Assembly: GCA_945877765.1 (NCBI GenBank)
Contig: CAMDWQ010000006.1
Coordinates: 15,046 to 79,045 of the forward strand
From: Candidatus Omnitrophota bacterium
Lineage (GTDB): Bacteria; Omnitrophota; Gorgyraeia; 2-02-FULL-51-18
DNA: 64,000 nt
Reading direction: 5' to 3'
Position numbers and translations under genes: made by a program. Under the pieces are notes generated by a model. That model was not told the origin of the DNA. It worked only from the letters and a program-made list of their open reading frames with translations, and did no database searches. Every line of letters starts with the position of its first letter. Positions within the stretch are counted from its first letter, which is position 1. Below, piece by piece: positions 35,852-45,287 of this stretch.

Positions 35852-36787
35852 TTAAATCTTCGATTCAATAAAATCCGCCACACTTTCCTGGATTTTTTTC
35901 CGATAAAGGAAATTAATTTCGGGGATGCCGGAAGGACTGGTTACGTTGATTTCAGTCAAATAGCGCCCCATCACATCCACCCCCGTAAAATACAGACCAT
36001 TTTCTTCGAGGAATGGGCTGATACGGCGGACAATCTTAAGATCATCAGCGCCCAAGGTAGTGCGGTGCATCGATCCCCCGACGCTTAAGTTGGAGCGAAA
36101 GTCGCCGCCGGATGGCTTTCTGGCAAAAACACCCAACACATTGCCATTTAAAATTAAGATTCGCCGATCGGCCATTCCCGGAGATTCAATAAAGCGCTGC
36201 ACCATAATGTTTTTTTTAGAAAATCCAGTAGCGATATCGAGAAGGGAGGAGAGGTTGGAGTCGCCAACGCCGGTTGCCAGAATTCCAGAGCCCGCTTTTT
36301 GATCTAATGGCTTGACGACAACACGTTTCTTAAGTTTCTGGATGAAATTTTTAGCTTCCGCGGCGTTTTGCGTCACCAACGTTTCGGGAATCAGTTCGTC
36401 AAAATTCAGAATGGCCAGCTTCTCGTTGACAAGCATGATGCCGCGTGGCTGGTTCAGCAGAAAAACCCGACCTCTCAAAAGATCCAGGATTTGCATGGCA
36501 TACAGATAGCCGCTGTCAAATGGGGGCTCCTTGCGAATAAAAATGGCATCAAAATTGGTCAAAGCCACCGCTGCCTTGGAGAGGGGGGAAGCCAAGAAAC
36601 CTTTGCGAGAGTCCAGCCGAGAAGTGTACAGGTAAGCCTTAGGAGACCCTTTTTCAGCCACCAGGTGCTGGCTTTCAAAGTGGCTAACCGCATGCCCGCG
36701 CCTTAACAGCTCGTGCATGATCCAAAAAGAGCTGTCTTCGTCAACTTTTACGCCCACCGTGGGGTAGAGTAGAAAAGCGATTCTCAT
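35852..36787 (-). CDS. gshB: glutathione synthetase (ATP-grasp)
   Basis: Starts MRIAFLLYP. The track's longer ORF to 36838 adds 17 residues that I rejected. Prokaryotic GshB N-terminal domain and ATP-grasp. Confidence 0.75.
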   Translation of the reverse strand: MRIAFLLYPTVGVKVDEDSSFWIMHELLRRGHAVSHFESQHLVAEKGSPKAYLYTSRLDSRKGFLASPLSKAAVALTNFDAIFIRKEPPFDSGYLYAMQILDLLRGRVFLLNQPRGIMLVNEKLAILNFDELIPETLVTQNAAEAKNFIQKLKKRVVVKPLDQKAGSGILATGVGDSNLSSLLDIATGFSKKNIMVQRFIESPGMADRRILILNGNVLGVFARKPSGGDFRSNLSVGGSMHRTTLGADDLKIVRRISPFLEENGLYFTGVDVMGRYLTEINVTSPSGIPEINFLYRKKIQESVADFIESKI

Positions 36788-36832
36788 AATTCGTTTGCAC
36801 CCCTTTGAAATATTACTTATTATAACATAGCG

Positions 36833-38131
36833 ATGCATACCACCCTTACGTTTAACGATCTATATGACTACTTTCTCCGCGGCTGTAAAAAAACAACGGA
36901 CTTTCAAATCGGTGTTGAGTGGGAAAAGATTGGCGTCTACCGTGATTCCGGCAAAGCGATTACCTATTCGGGAGAGCGCGGAGTGGAGGCTATTTTTCGT
37001 AATCTGATTCAAAAACACGGTTGGAAATCCGCTTTTTCCCACCACCCTGTTATCGCTCTAACAAAGGGCAGCGGCTCAATCACGCTCGAACCGGGAGGCC
37101 AAATTGAGCTCTCAGGCCAAAAGGCGCATCTAATCCAGGACAATGCGCGCGAACTTTACATGCACCTGGAAGAAATTCGCTCGATCTCAGAAAGTTTGGG
37201 CATCGTTTGGCTGGGAATTGGCGCCCAGCCCTACAGTGTAGCCGAAGACATTGACTGGGTTCCTAAAGAGCGCTACAAGATTATGCGTGAAAATTTGAAA
37301 GATTCCGGCGCGCTGACTTTTTTGATGATGAAAGAAACGGCGTCCGTTCAAGTGTCGCTGGATTATGGCAGTGAAAAAGACGCTATTCACAAGCTCAAAT
37401 TAGCGATGGGGTTATCTCCTTTTTTAACCGCAATGTTTGCTAATTCACCGTTAAGAGACGGCAAGCCCAGCGGCTATCTTTCACGAAGGGCTCACATCTG
37501 GGAGCACACAGCCCCGGAAAGATCGGGAATTTTGTGGGAGGAGCTGGATCCCGCCGCAGGTTTTAAAAATTATATCGAGTATGCCCTGGATGTCCCGATG
37601 CTTTTTCTCATGCGAAAAAACCAGTGGGTGGGTGTCCGCGGAATTAACTTTAGAGGTTTTATGAAAAAGGGTTATGAGGGCATGAGCCCTACGATCGAGG
37701 ATTGGGAGATGCACTTAAGTGGTATTTTTACGGAAGCGAGGCTAAAAAATTATATCGAGATACGCAGCATTGATTGCCAAAAAACGCCCATGGGCTTGGC
37801 CGCCGTCGCCTTCATCAAGGGCCTTTTTTATTCCGAAGATTCCCTAAAAAAAGCCGGCCAAATGCTGTCAGGTTTTACCGGCAAAGATCTAAAAAAACTT
37901 CACAGCGAAGCTTCAATTCAAGGCCTGAAAGCCACGCTCCCTGACGGCCAAAGTATCACGGAAATCTGCGCCGAGTTGATTCGTTTGGCGGAAGACGGCC
38001 TTGGGGATGAAAAAAAATATCTTGAACCCTTAAAATTGAATATCGAAAAAAAAATAACGCCGGCGGAGATAATTTTGAATTGTTTTGATGCCAACAAGCC
38101 CATCTTAAGCTGTGCCGCCATCGAAGGCTGA
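36833..38131 (+). CDS. gshA: glutamate--cysteine ligase (GCS2 family)
   Basis: 432 aa. N-terminal FQIGVEWEKIGV pattern of the GCS2/plant-type gamma-glutamylcysteine synthetase. Divergent from gshB. Confidence 0.7.
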   Translation: MHTTLTFNDLYDYFLRGCKKTTDFQIGVEWEKIGVYRDSGKAITYSGERGVEAIFRNLIQKHGWKSAFSHHPVIALTKGSGSITLEPGGQIELSGQKAHLIQDNARELYMHLEEIRSISESLGIVWLGIGAQPYSVAEDIDWVPKERYKIMRENLKDSGALTFLMMKETASVQVSLDYGSEKDAIHKLKLAMGLSPFLTAMFANSPLRDGKPSGYLSRRAHIWEHTAPERSGILWEELDPAAGFKNYIEYALDVPMLFLMRKNQWVGVRGINFRGFMKKGYEGMSPTIEDWEMHLSGIFTEARLKNYIEIRSIDCQKTPMGLAAVAFIKGLFYSEDSLKKAGQMLSGFTGKDLKKLHSEASIQGLKATLPDGQSITEICAELIRLAEDGLGDEKKYLEPLKLNIEKKITPAEIILNCFDANKPILSCAAIEG

Positions 38132-38134
38132 TAG

Positions 38135-38908
38135 TTAGCTGCGAAGTTTATAGCCAATCCGGAATAAATGGACCACCAAGCAGAACAAAGCGACGGCCAT
38201 CACCGCCGCCAAAATCATACAAACACGCACATCGACATCACTCACACCAATCATGCCGTATCGCAGGCCGCTCACCAGATAGAAAATGGGGTTTGCTCGT
38301 CCAGCGGCTTTCAGCCATGGTGGCATCATTTGAATGCTGTGGAAAACACCCCCAAAATAAACCAGCGGCGTAATCACAAAAGTGCTCCAGAGCGACAATT
38401 TCTCGAAACCCTCCGCCCATAGGCCTGCCAAAATTCCCAAGCACGAAAAAATAAAAGTGACAGTGATAAAAAAATACAACACAATCCAAACACTGTGAAA
38501 TGAAAATTGAACGAAAAAAAGAGAGATGGCGTAGACTCCGCCGCCAACGATCAAGCCGCGCACAATCCCGCCGATTAAAAGACCCAGGACCATCTCCAAG
38601 TAAGAGAGGGGGGAGAGCAAAAGCTCCTGGATTAGGTTGTGCCAGCGCGACATAAAAAGGGAAGACGAGGTATTGGCGTAAGGCGCTTCGATCAGATGCA
38701 TCATCACCAGGCCCGGCACCAAATATTGCAAATAAGACTGGCCCTGAATTTGAATGTTTAAGTTGCGCCCGATGGAATAACCGAAAACAAAAATAAAAAG
38801 GGCTGCGGAGATTAAGGATGGCAAAATCGTCTGCGTGAACACAACAAAAAAGCGCATGATTTCGCGCTTGATCAGTGTACGAAAGCCAACGGGGTTGGAA
38901 ATAATCAT
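38135..38908 (-). CDS. ABC-2 type transporter permease
   Basis: 257 aa, six transmembrane helices, overlaps the ATPase gene stop. Confidence 0.75.
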   Translation of the reverse strand: MIISNPVGFRTLIKREIMRFFVVFTQTILPSLISAALFIFVFGYSIGRNLNIQIQGQSYLQYLVPGLVMMHLIEAPYANTSSSLFMSRWHNLIQELLLSPLSYLEMVLGLLIGGIVRGLIVGGGVYAISLFFVQFSFHSVWIVLYFFITVTFIFSCLGILAGLWAEGFEKLSLWSTFVITPLVYFGGVFHSIQMMPPWLKAAGRANPIFYLVSGLRYGMIGVSDVDVRVCMILAAVMAVALFCLVVHLFRIGYKLRS

Positions 38909-39636
38909 ACCGCGGGAGCCTTTCTTGTCATTTCAAGAAATTTTTGCTCGAGGGTGTGATTTTTAAGCAGCACCTCTTTGTTGCCGCTAAGAACAATTCT
39001 TCCTTGGTCGACAATGACGACTGTTTTAGATAGTTTTTCGGCTTCTTCCATGTAATGCGTGGTCAAAAAAATTGTTTTGCCCTCCTCGTTGATCTTTTGG
39101 AGATAGGCCCAGATCTGATATTTGAGCTCCAGATCCGTGCCAGCAGTGGGCTCATCTAAAATCAGGATTTTGGGATCATGCACTAACGCGCGGCACAACA
39201 AGAGGCGCCGCTTCATCCCGCCAGAAAGCTTTCGAAAATCTTGTTTTCTTTTATCGTAAATGCCAAAAAAACGCAGAAGTTCATGCGCTTTGACAATGGC
39301 TTTTTGCTTGGGAACCCCAAAATAGCCCGCCTGATAGATCAACACGCCCTCAATGGACAAAAAGGGATCCAGATTTACTTCCTGAGGACAAAGCCCAATC
39401 ATCGGGCGCGTTTTCCGGTACTCTGAGACCACGTCATGGCCAAAAATCTTAACCGAACCGGCGTTGAAATTGCAAAGACCGGTAATCGAGTGGATGGTGG
39501 TCGTCTTTCCCGCGCCGTTGGGGCCCAGAAATGCCACAAAATCACCCTCGTAGACCGTGAGAGAGAGGTTATCAACCGCCTTGAGCTGCCCGTAGGACTT
39601 GGTGAGATTTTGAATCGTGATGGCTTCATTCGGCAT
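38905..39636 (-). CDS. ABC transporter ATP-binding protein
   Basis: Walker A GPNGAGKTT, signature LSGGMKRRL, Walker B ILILDEPT. Confidence 0.85.
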   Translation of the reverse strand: MPNEAITIQNLTKSYGQLKAVDNLSLTVYEGDFVAFLGPNGAGKTTTIHSITGLCNFNAGSVKIFGHDVVSEYRKTRPMIGLCPQEVNLDPFLSIEGVLIYQAGYFGVPKQKAIVKAHELLRFFGIYDKRKQDFRKLSGGMKRRLLLCRALVHDPKILILDEPTAGTDLELKYQIWAYLQKINEEGKTIFLTTHYMEEAEKLSKTVVIVDQGRIVLSGNKEVLLKNHTLEQKFLEMTRKAPAV

Positions 39637-39664
39637 GCGGACATCTTATGTTATAATATGCGCC

Positions 39665-40294
39665 ATGTCAAAGCCGCCCGCAGCAAAAAAAGTGAAAGCA
39701 GTTCTTTTTGATCTCGGAAAAGTCCTTTTACATTTCAATTTTGAACACGCCTTCAAACGGCTTTCAAAATCAAGCGGCCGGCCGGTGATGGAGGTTGAAG
39801 ATTACTTTGTGAGCTCGGGCATCGAGGTTCTTTATGACGGCGGAAAAATTTCATCGCTAGAGTTTTACCGTCAAATCAAAAAAGCGCTGGGGCTTCAAAT
39901 TAGTTTCATGAGTTTTAAAAAAATTTGGAACCATATTTTTACTCCCAAAAAAGACATGATCAGCCTTCTACGCAAGCTTTCCACCAGCTATCGGCTTGTT
40001 TTAATTTCCAACACCAATGCCATGCACTTTGAATACATCCAGAAAAAATACGCGTTTATGGGAGTTTTTGACAGAAAAATTATTTCCTATCGCGAGAAAA
40101 ATAGAAAACCTGATGAGCGCATCTATCGAAAAGCCGCCAAAGCCTGTTTAGCGCATCCCCGTGAAATTTATTATATTGATGACCGCGCCGATTTGACAGC
40201 CGCCGCCAAAGAGCTTGGTTTTCATGTATTTACTTATCGAAATAATTTTAAAGATCTTCTGCTGGACCTAAAAGCAAAGGGGGTTTCATTTTGA
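39665..40294 (+). CDS. HAD-family hydrolase (subfamily IA)
   Basis: ATG at 39665. Motif I VLFDLGKVL, motif III/IV region. 209 aa. Confidence 0.7.
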   Translation: MSKPPAAKKVKAVLFDLGKVLLHFNFEHAFKRLSKSSGRPVMEVEDYFVSSGIEVLYDGGKISSLEFYRQIKKALGLQISFMSFKKIWNHIFTPKKDMISLLRKLSTSYRLVLISNTNAMHFEYIQKKYAFMGVFDRKIISYREKNRKPDERIYRKAAKACLAHPREIYYIDDRADLTAAAKELGFHVFTYRNNFKDLLLDLKAKGVSF

Positions 40295-41109
40295 AAGAAA
40301 GCAGCCAGAATTATTTGAAAGTTGCCAAGAAGGCGGCGCTCGAGGCCGGGTCGCTTCTCTTGCGTTCCTACGGAAAACTAAAAAATTCTCAGATTCACAC
40401 CAAATCCAAAAATGATTTTGTTACTGAGCTTGATAAAAAATCCGAGAAGCTGATCATTTCGATTATCCGCCGCAGCTTTCCAGGACATTCAATCCAGGGC
40501 GAAGAAGGCGGGCTGGCCAAGGGCAGTCCGGTGTTATGGATCATTGATCCGCTGGACGGCACCACCAACTACATCCACCAATTCCCGATGTTTTCGGTTT
40601 CTATAGGTATTTCCGTCAACGGTGTCCTGGAAGCGGGTGTGGTTTATGATCCTCTCCATCAAGAACTTTTTTTTGCCCGCAAGGGTGCGGGGGCTTTTCT
40701 GAATAAGAAAAAAATTCGCGTCTCAGCCGTCAACCGTCTTGCGGACGCTCTCATGACGACCGGAATTCCCTTTAAAGGAAGGTACCGTTTTGATGAATAT
40801 ATGAGTTCGTTTCGGCAAATTTCACTGGGTAGCTCCGGTATGCGGCGCGGCGGCTCCGCAGCACTCGACCTGGCTTACGTCGCTTGCGGGCGTCTGGATG
40901 GCTTCTGGGAAATCAATCTTTCGGCCTGGGATATTGCTGCTGGCGCGCTCCTTGTTAAGGAGGCGGGTGGCCGTATAAGCGATCTTTGGGGTAAAGCCGG
41001 GTACCTTCAAAACGGAGATGTCCTTGCCTCCAACCGCAGGATTCACGCTCAGATTCAAGCCATTACGTCCGCCGCCCTGTCACCCAAAAAGCCAAGCAGA
41101 AAACCTTGA
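40291..41109 (+). CDS. inositol monophosphatase family protein
   Basis: WIIDPLDGTTNYIHQFP and WDIAAG motifs. Confidence 0.85.
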   Translation: MKESSQNYLKVAKKAALEAGSLLLRSYGKLKNSQIHTKSKNDFVTELDKKSEKLIISIIRRSFPGHSIQGEEGGLAKGSPVLWIIDPLDGTTNYIHQFPMFSVSIGISVNGVLEAGVVYDPLHQELFFARKGAGAFLNKKKIRVSAVNRLADALMTTGIPFKGRYRFDEYMSSFRQISLGSSGMRRGGSAALDLAYVACGRLDGFWEINLSAWDIAAGALLVKEAGGRISDLWGKAGYLQNGDVLASNRRIHAQIQAITSAALSPKKPSRKP

Positions 41110-41140
41110 ACACCTAAACTGGCAGGAGTACAATAAAACC

Positions 41141-41320
41141 ATGCCTTACATCAACCTAAAGCTTGTAGGCAAGCTCACCCAGGACCAAAAACAAAAAATT
41201 GCGCATGAGTTTGCAGAAACTCTAGAGCGTGTTGCCGGCAAACCCAAAAATGCCACCTATTTAGTGATTGACGAGGTGGAGGGCCAGAATTGGGCGCAAG
41301 GCGAGAAATTTTTCGGATAA
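41141..41320 (+). CDS. 4-oxalocrotonate tautomerase family protein
   Basis: 59 aa beginning MPYINLKL. Pro1 directly after Met is the hallmark of this family. GGAG RBS. Confidence 0.6.
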   Translation: MPYINLKLVGKLTQDQKQKIAHEFAETLERVAGKPKNATYLVIDEVEGQNWAQGEKFFG

Positions 41321-41327
41321 ATCCTTT

Positions 41328-41723
41328 ATGCCAATCGAAAAACAACTCTCAATCTTCATGGAAAACAAGCCAGGTAACCTTTCTCGAATTTGTTCCACGC
41401 TCGCGGAAAACAACATCAACATCCATGCGATGTCAGTCCACGATACCGTGGATCATGCGATTGTCCGTCTTTTGGTCGATTACCCCACAAAGGCATTGTT
41501 GATCCTTGAGCAGGAGGGGGTCTACACCATTCCTCAAGAAGTGGTGGTGCTGGGCATAGACAATAAACCCGGCATCATTTCGACGGTTGCCAAAAAACTT
41601 TTTCGCGCCGATATTAATATCGAATACGCTTATTGCACCGCCACTACCAATCAAGACCACGGCTGTCTTGTCATCAAAACAAAAGATCCTGAACAAACCC
41701 TCGAGATTCTTGAGTCCTTCTAA
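41328..41723 (+). CDS. ACT-domain protein
   Basis: Two tandem ACT-like units (LSIFMENKPGNLSRICSTLAENNINI... and LGIDNKPGIISTVAKKLFRADINI). Confidence 0.6.
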   Translation: MPIEKQLSIFMENKPGNLSRICSTLAENNINIHAMSVHDTVDHAIVRLLVDYPTKALLILEQEGVYTIPQEVVVLGIDNKPGIISTVAKKLFRADINIEYAYCTATTNQDHGCLVIKTKDPEQTLEILESF

Positions 41724-42390
41724 AAATATTTTTCTTTCGCTGGTAGCGATTTTTTTTCTTTCCCAAACCTCTCTGGGGTTTACGGCAGATCGCCAGCAAG
41801 CTTTTGTTGAAGAAGTCTTAAGCGGCGATACCGTCCGGCTGAAGGGCGGGAAAACTCTAAAGTATACCGGTGTTGAAGCGCCCCCGCTGCAGCATCGAAT
41901 CCCCCTGGTCCGCACTTATGGAGAAAGTGCAAAGGCGTATAATGAACAGCTGGTCCTGCATAAAAAAATTTGGATTGACTGGGGACGGCGCCTGCGGGAT
42001 CGGCATAATAATTTATTGGGGTATGTTTACTTAGAAGACAACACATTTGTTAACCTTGAGTTATTGAGAGCTGGTCAAGCCAAACCCAATCTTTATGCGC
42101 CGGATCTTGTATTTGCTGATCTGTTTCATCAAACCGCCTGGGATGCCGAAAAAAATAGGCGAGGGCTGTGGAAAGAAGAACCTAAAAATCCCTATGCTAA
42201 AGAAGCGTACGTCGGCGAAAAGAATACAAAGATTTATTACCTCCCCAACTCCTCCGAATTGGAGCGAATCCCGCAAGCCAACCTCGTTACTTTCCGTTCC
42301 CGTGTGGAGGCTACCGCAGCAGGCTATCGCGCGTGCAATACCTGCAAAGAGACGACGCGCTACAACAGCGAGCCCGACACACTTTATTAA
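41710..42390 (+). CDS. secreted thermonuclease (SNase-like) family protein
   Basis: SNase-like pattern DTVRLKGGKTLKYTGVEAPP...LLGYVYL...NLELLRAGQA. No in-frame ATG. TTG at 41710 would give a signal peptide M-SPSKNIFLSLVAIFFLSQTSLG. Start uncertain. Confidence 0.55.
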   Translation: MSPSKNIFLSLVAIFFLSQTSLGFTADRQQAFVEEVLSGDTVRLKGGKTLKYTGVEAPPLQHRIPLVRTYGESAKAYNEQLVLHKKIWIDWGRRLRDRHNNLLGYVYLEDNTFVNLELLRAGQAKPNLYAPDLVFADLFHQTAWDAEKNRRGLWKEEPKNPYAKEAYVGEKNTKIYYLPNSSELERIPQANLVTFRSRVEATAAGYRACNTCKETTRYNSEPDTLY

Positions 42391-42625
42391 GCGATTGAGC
42401 GCTTCTTTACTTCTGAGGACTTTTATGTTAGGGTTAATGTAATTATAGCTTTATTTAATCAATACTAAATCAATGAACATGGGTTTATCTCTTAATGCAA
42501 ATCGCAAAACTTTTTCCGAGTTATTCGGATTAAGTGTTTGCTTTTTTTTATTTTGCCAACCATTGAACGGGTAAGAGCGGGTAATGCGTTGTTACGGAAC
42601 ACAAGGTAAACAAGGAGAATAGGGT

Positions 42626-42829
42626 ATGACAAAAGGCGTTGTGAAGTGGTTTTCCAATCAAAAAGGTTACGGTTTTATCACCCCCGAAGGCGGCGGAAAA
42701 GACGTGTTCGTTCATCACAGCGCGATAACCGGGGATGGCTATAAGACGCTAGATGAAGGCCAGGCGGTGGAATTTGATATCACCCAAGGGCCCAAGGGCG
42801 AACAGGCTGCCAACGTCAAGAAACACTAA
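42626..42829 (+). CDS. cspA: cold-shock protein
   Basis: [12 protein letters not shown] and [11 protein letters not shown] motifs, 67 aa. AAGGAG RBS. Long upstream leader. Confidence 0.9.
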   Translation: MTKGVVKWFSNQKGYGFITPEGGGKDVFVHHSAITGDGYKTLDEGQAVEFDITQGPKGEQAANVKKH

Positions 42830-42958
42830 AACAACCTATACTCAAAAACTAAGCATCTGCGCACTACAGCCATCTTTTCAGCCTTCTTGATATAAAAGAA
42901 GGGGGAAGGGTGGTTTTTTTATGCTATACTTTGGAAAATAATCTCAATGGAGGTGTGT

Positions 42959-43351
42959 ATGACGCAAAGCGACCGAATCGTTGAAAAGCGTGAATTTTTT
43001 CGTTTGGATTTTACTGCTGGTCTTGAATTTAAAAGCTACCAACCTGAGGAAGGTTTAGAATCAAAAGCCATGGTCCAGAACGTTAGTCAGTCCGGCGTGC
43101 TCTTTAGCACCCAAAGCAGCCCTCCGGCTATTTCGAGCATTCTTTGGATGAATATGGATATCCGAACGCTTAAGATTTGTCAGGAAATTGAGAATAGAGC
43201 CCTGATATTCAATAAAGGCTTGCTTGGAAAGGTGGTTCGTGTTGAAGAAGATGCGCGCACAGGCAAATCTTATGATGTCGGTGTTTGCTTCCTAACTCGT
43301 GATCAACAAAACTCGCGCGACGTCCAGGCTATCCTAAACCGCGTTAACTAA
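42959..43351 (+). CDS. PilZ-domain protein
   Basis: ATG at 42959. RREFFRLDF then VQNVSQSGVLF (DxSxxG-like). Confidence 0.6.
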   Translation: MTQSDRIVEKREFFRLDFTAGLEFKSYQPEEGLESKAMVQNVSQSGVLFSTQSSPPAISSILWMNMDIRTLKICQEIENRALIFNKGLLGKVVRVEEDARTGKSYDVGVCFLTRDQQNSRDVQAILNRVN

Positions 43352-43387
43352 AAGCGCGAACAGCCCGACTAAAAATTAATTGGTTCA

Positions 43388-43423
43388 ACCCCCGACTCAT
43401 TAGAAATGGGCGGGGGGTTTTTG
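43388..43423 (+). terminator. putative rho-independent terminator
   Basis: cccccg / cggggg stem with a 16-nt loop followed by TTTTT at 43418-43422. Confidence 0.35.
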
Positions 43424-43583
43424 TTTGCCTGACTAAAGCATCTGCCTTTTGTTTGATTTTTTACCAAAACCATCGATTAACTTTACTCTCCGTAACATCC
43501 TGTGGACAACCGCACTTTTCCCACTCAATGTCTTATAATGTATATTATGTTAGGTATTGTAGAGTGAGGCCGCCCACTACACG

Positions 43584-43622
43584 AAAAAACCCTGGCAAGG
43601 TGTGACCCCTGCCAGGGTTTTT
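43584..43622. terminator. bidirectional rho-independent terminator
   Basis: aaaaaa - ccctggca / tgccaggg (8-bp stem) - ttttt. Lies directly downstream of the minus-strand porin-like gene. Confidence 0.55.
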
Positions 43623-43644
43623 ACTTACTCAAAGCCTCTCTAAG

Positions 43645-45054
43645 TTAGAAAGTAACCTTGACCTCTTGAATCAACTGCGTAGCCATCGCATCATTCGGCG
43701 AGCTAAACATGTCCCCCGGGATAAAGAAATCCGCGTAGGTGTTGAACGTGACGTCTGCTGTGTAATTGTAGGTCAACAGCAAATCGATCTCGTCGCCAAT
43801 GTGCTCTGAAAGCGAAGCTGAGCTAGGGCTGGTAATTGTTGAATGAGCGGTTTCAGTGGTCCAGAAATGGTAATACTGGGCTGATAGCTGCATATCATCC
43901 AACGGTTTGATTGAGCCGTAGATAGCCACATGCTGTTGGTTCTGTCCTGCGACTTGATCGCTGGAAGACCCTGTCGCAAAATAACCTTCACGGTAGTCGT
44001 GAATCCAACCATAAACAGGCAGGCGGAATGAACCATTCCAAGCGCCATATTCACCGCTAGAGGTCGTGCTCAGGTCTTCTTCGCCAGACAAGTAAACATA
44101 TTCAATTCCAAGCATGGGTTTCCAGTTGCTATCCCAGCGGTATTCGCCGAAAATATCCAGCGCCCAAGCAGAACGATCCCTGCTAGATGTAGCGGTGCTT
44201 GAAAAATAGTCGCCAAATTGGTACGCCAGTTCACCGCCTAGGGTTATCTGTGAGATCGGATCAAATTGAACGCGTCCGCCAACCGTGTGAGTCGAATTGC
44301 TTCTGCTGCCAGTAGCTGCGCCTACACGATTTACTTCGCCAAAATAATAACCTTCGGCAACCGCGTTGTATTCGGCAAATTTGTAATTCATATTAGCCAA
44401 ATAAAGATCGCGATCATCTTCGGGGTTCAACGAGCCTTCAGTGATTTTGGAATAAACGAAATCCAGCGTCCAAGGATTAAAATCCAAGGTGGCGCGGATC
44501 GCATCAAACGACAACAGCTGGCTGAATTCGTCCGCCTGTGTGTTGGAGTTGGGGTCTTGAGGATTCCAACCAATGACAAAACCGCGACCGAACACAAGGT
44601 CCTGACGACCAATGGTCAATGTCAGAGGCGAATAAAAAATCTCCTTCATCTGTACATAAGCCAGGTCCAAAAGAACGTCGAATTCGTGAGAAGCGCCGGA
44701 AGTGGCACCGCCGTACTCATTCGCATTCCAATCACGTTGATTCACGAGATTGATGACAGTAGAGACGTTATCCGTCAAATCTGCCGCAATCTGTATCTGC
44801 GTGATCGTCATGAAAAACTCGTCCGCCTCAGACTGCTGAGCGGTCGAATCCGTCCCCGAGTGAACTGCGCCAGGCACCGTGCCTGTCGAAGGCACCGAAC
44901 CCGCATCGTTGTTCTTGGTTAAGTCAAAGTTATTGCGGTAAAACGCATACGCGTCAATAGAACCGCTAACTTTAACGTTTTGAGTCTCGGCAAACGCGGG
45001 AGCGGCCACAAGCACCGCTAGCGCTACCAGAAAAAACGCTTTAATTTTATTCAT
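43645..45054 (-). CDS. outer-membrane beta-barrel porin-like protein
   Basis: Signal peptide MNKIKAFFLVALAVLVAAPAFA. Alternating amphipathic beta-strand pattern, C-terminal VKVTF (terminal Phe). Strong AGGAGA RBS. Confidence 0.55.
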   Translation of the reverse strand: MNKIKAFFLVALAVLVAAPAFAETQNVKVSGSIDAYAFYRNNFDLTKNNDAGSVPSTGTVPGAVHSGTDSTAQQSEADEFFMTITQIQIAADLTDNVSTVINLVNQRDWNANEYGGATSGASHEFDVLLDLAYVQMKEIFYSPLTLTIGRQDLVFGRGFVIGWNPQDPNSNTQADEFSQLLSFDAIRATLDFNPWTLDFVYSKITEGSLNPEDDRDLYLANMNYKFAEYNAVAEGYYFGEVNRVGAATGSRSNSTHTVGGRVQFDPISQITLGGELAYQFGDYFSSTATSSRDRSAWALDIFGEYRWDSNWKPMLGIEYVYLSGEEDLSTTSSGEYGAWNGSFRLPVYGWIHDYREGYFATGSSSDQVAGQNQQHVAIYGSIKPLDDMQLSAQYYHFWTTETAHSTITSPSSASLSEHIGDEIDLLLTYNYTADVTFNTYADFFIPGDMFSSPNDAMATQLIQEVKVTF

Positions 45055-45287
45055 TTGATTCTCCTGTTAGGAAGACAATTTATTTTCGATTTTAGGGTAT
45101 TCATTTTTATGCGGTTGCCCGCCCGACAGCCTTAAGAACGCGCCTTTAGGTTGCTCACCCCTTTCTTCGGCAAATTTAGGTTGTCTATTCATTAGTTGAT
45201 ACTCGTTATTCTAGATTTTAAATGTTAAATCCAGGTAACGATGGGGTTAATTATATAGAGCGGCGGGTATTTTGAAAAGTCTTAAAA

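Noticed and set aside
44266-44922. 218-aa plus-strand ORF inside the porin-like gene
   Set aside because: Antisense to a signal-peptide beta-barrel gene with a strong RBS. Arg-rich composition typical of a spurious antisense frame.
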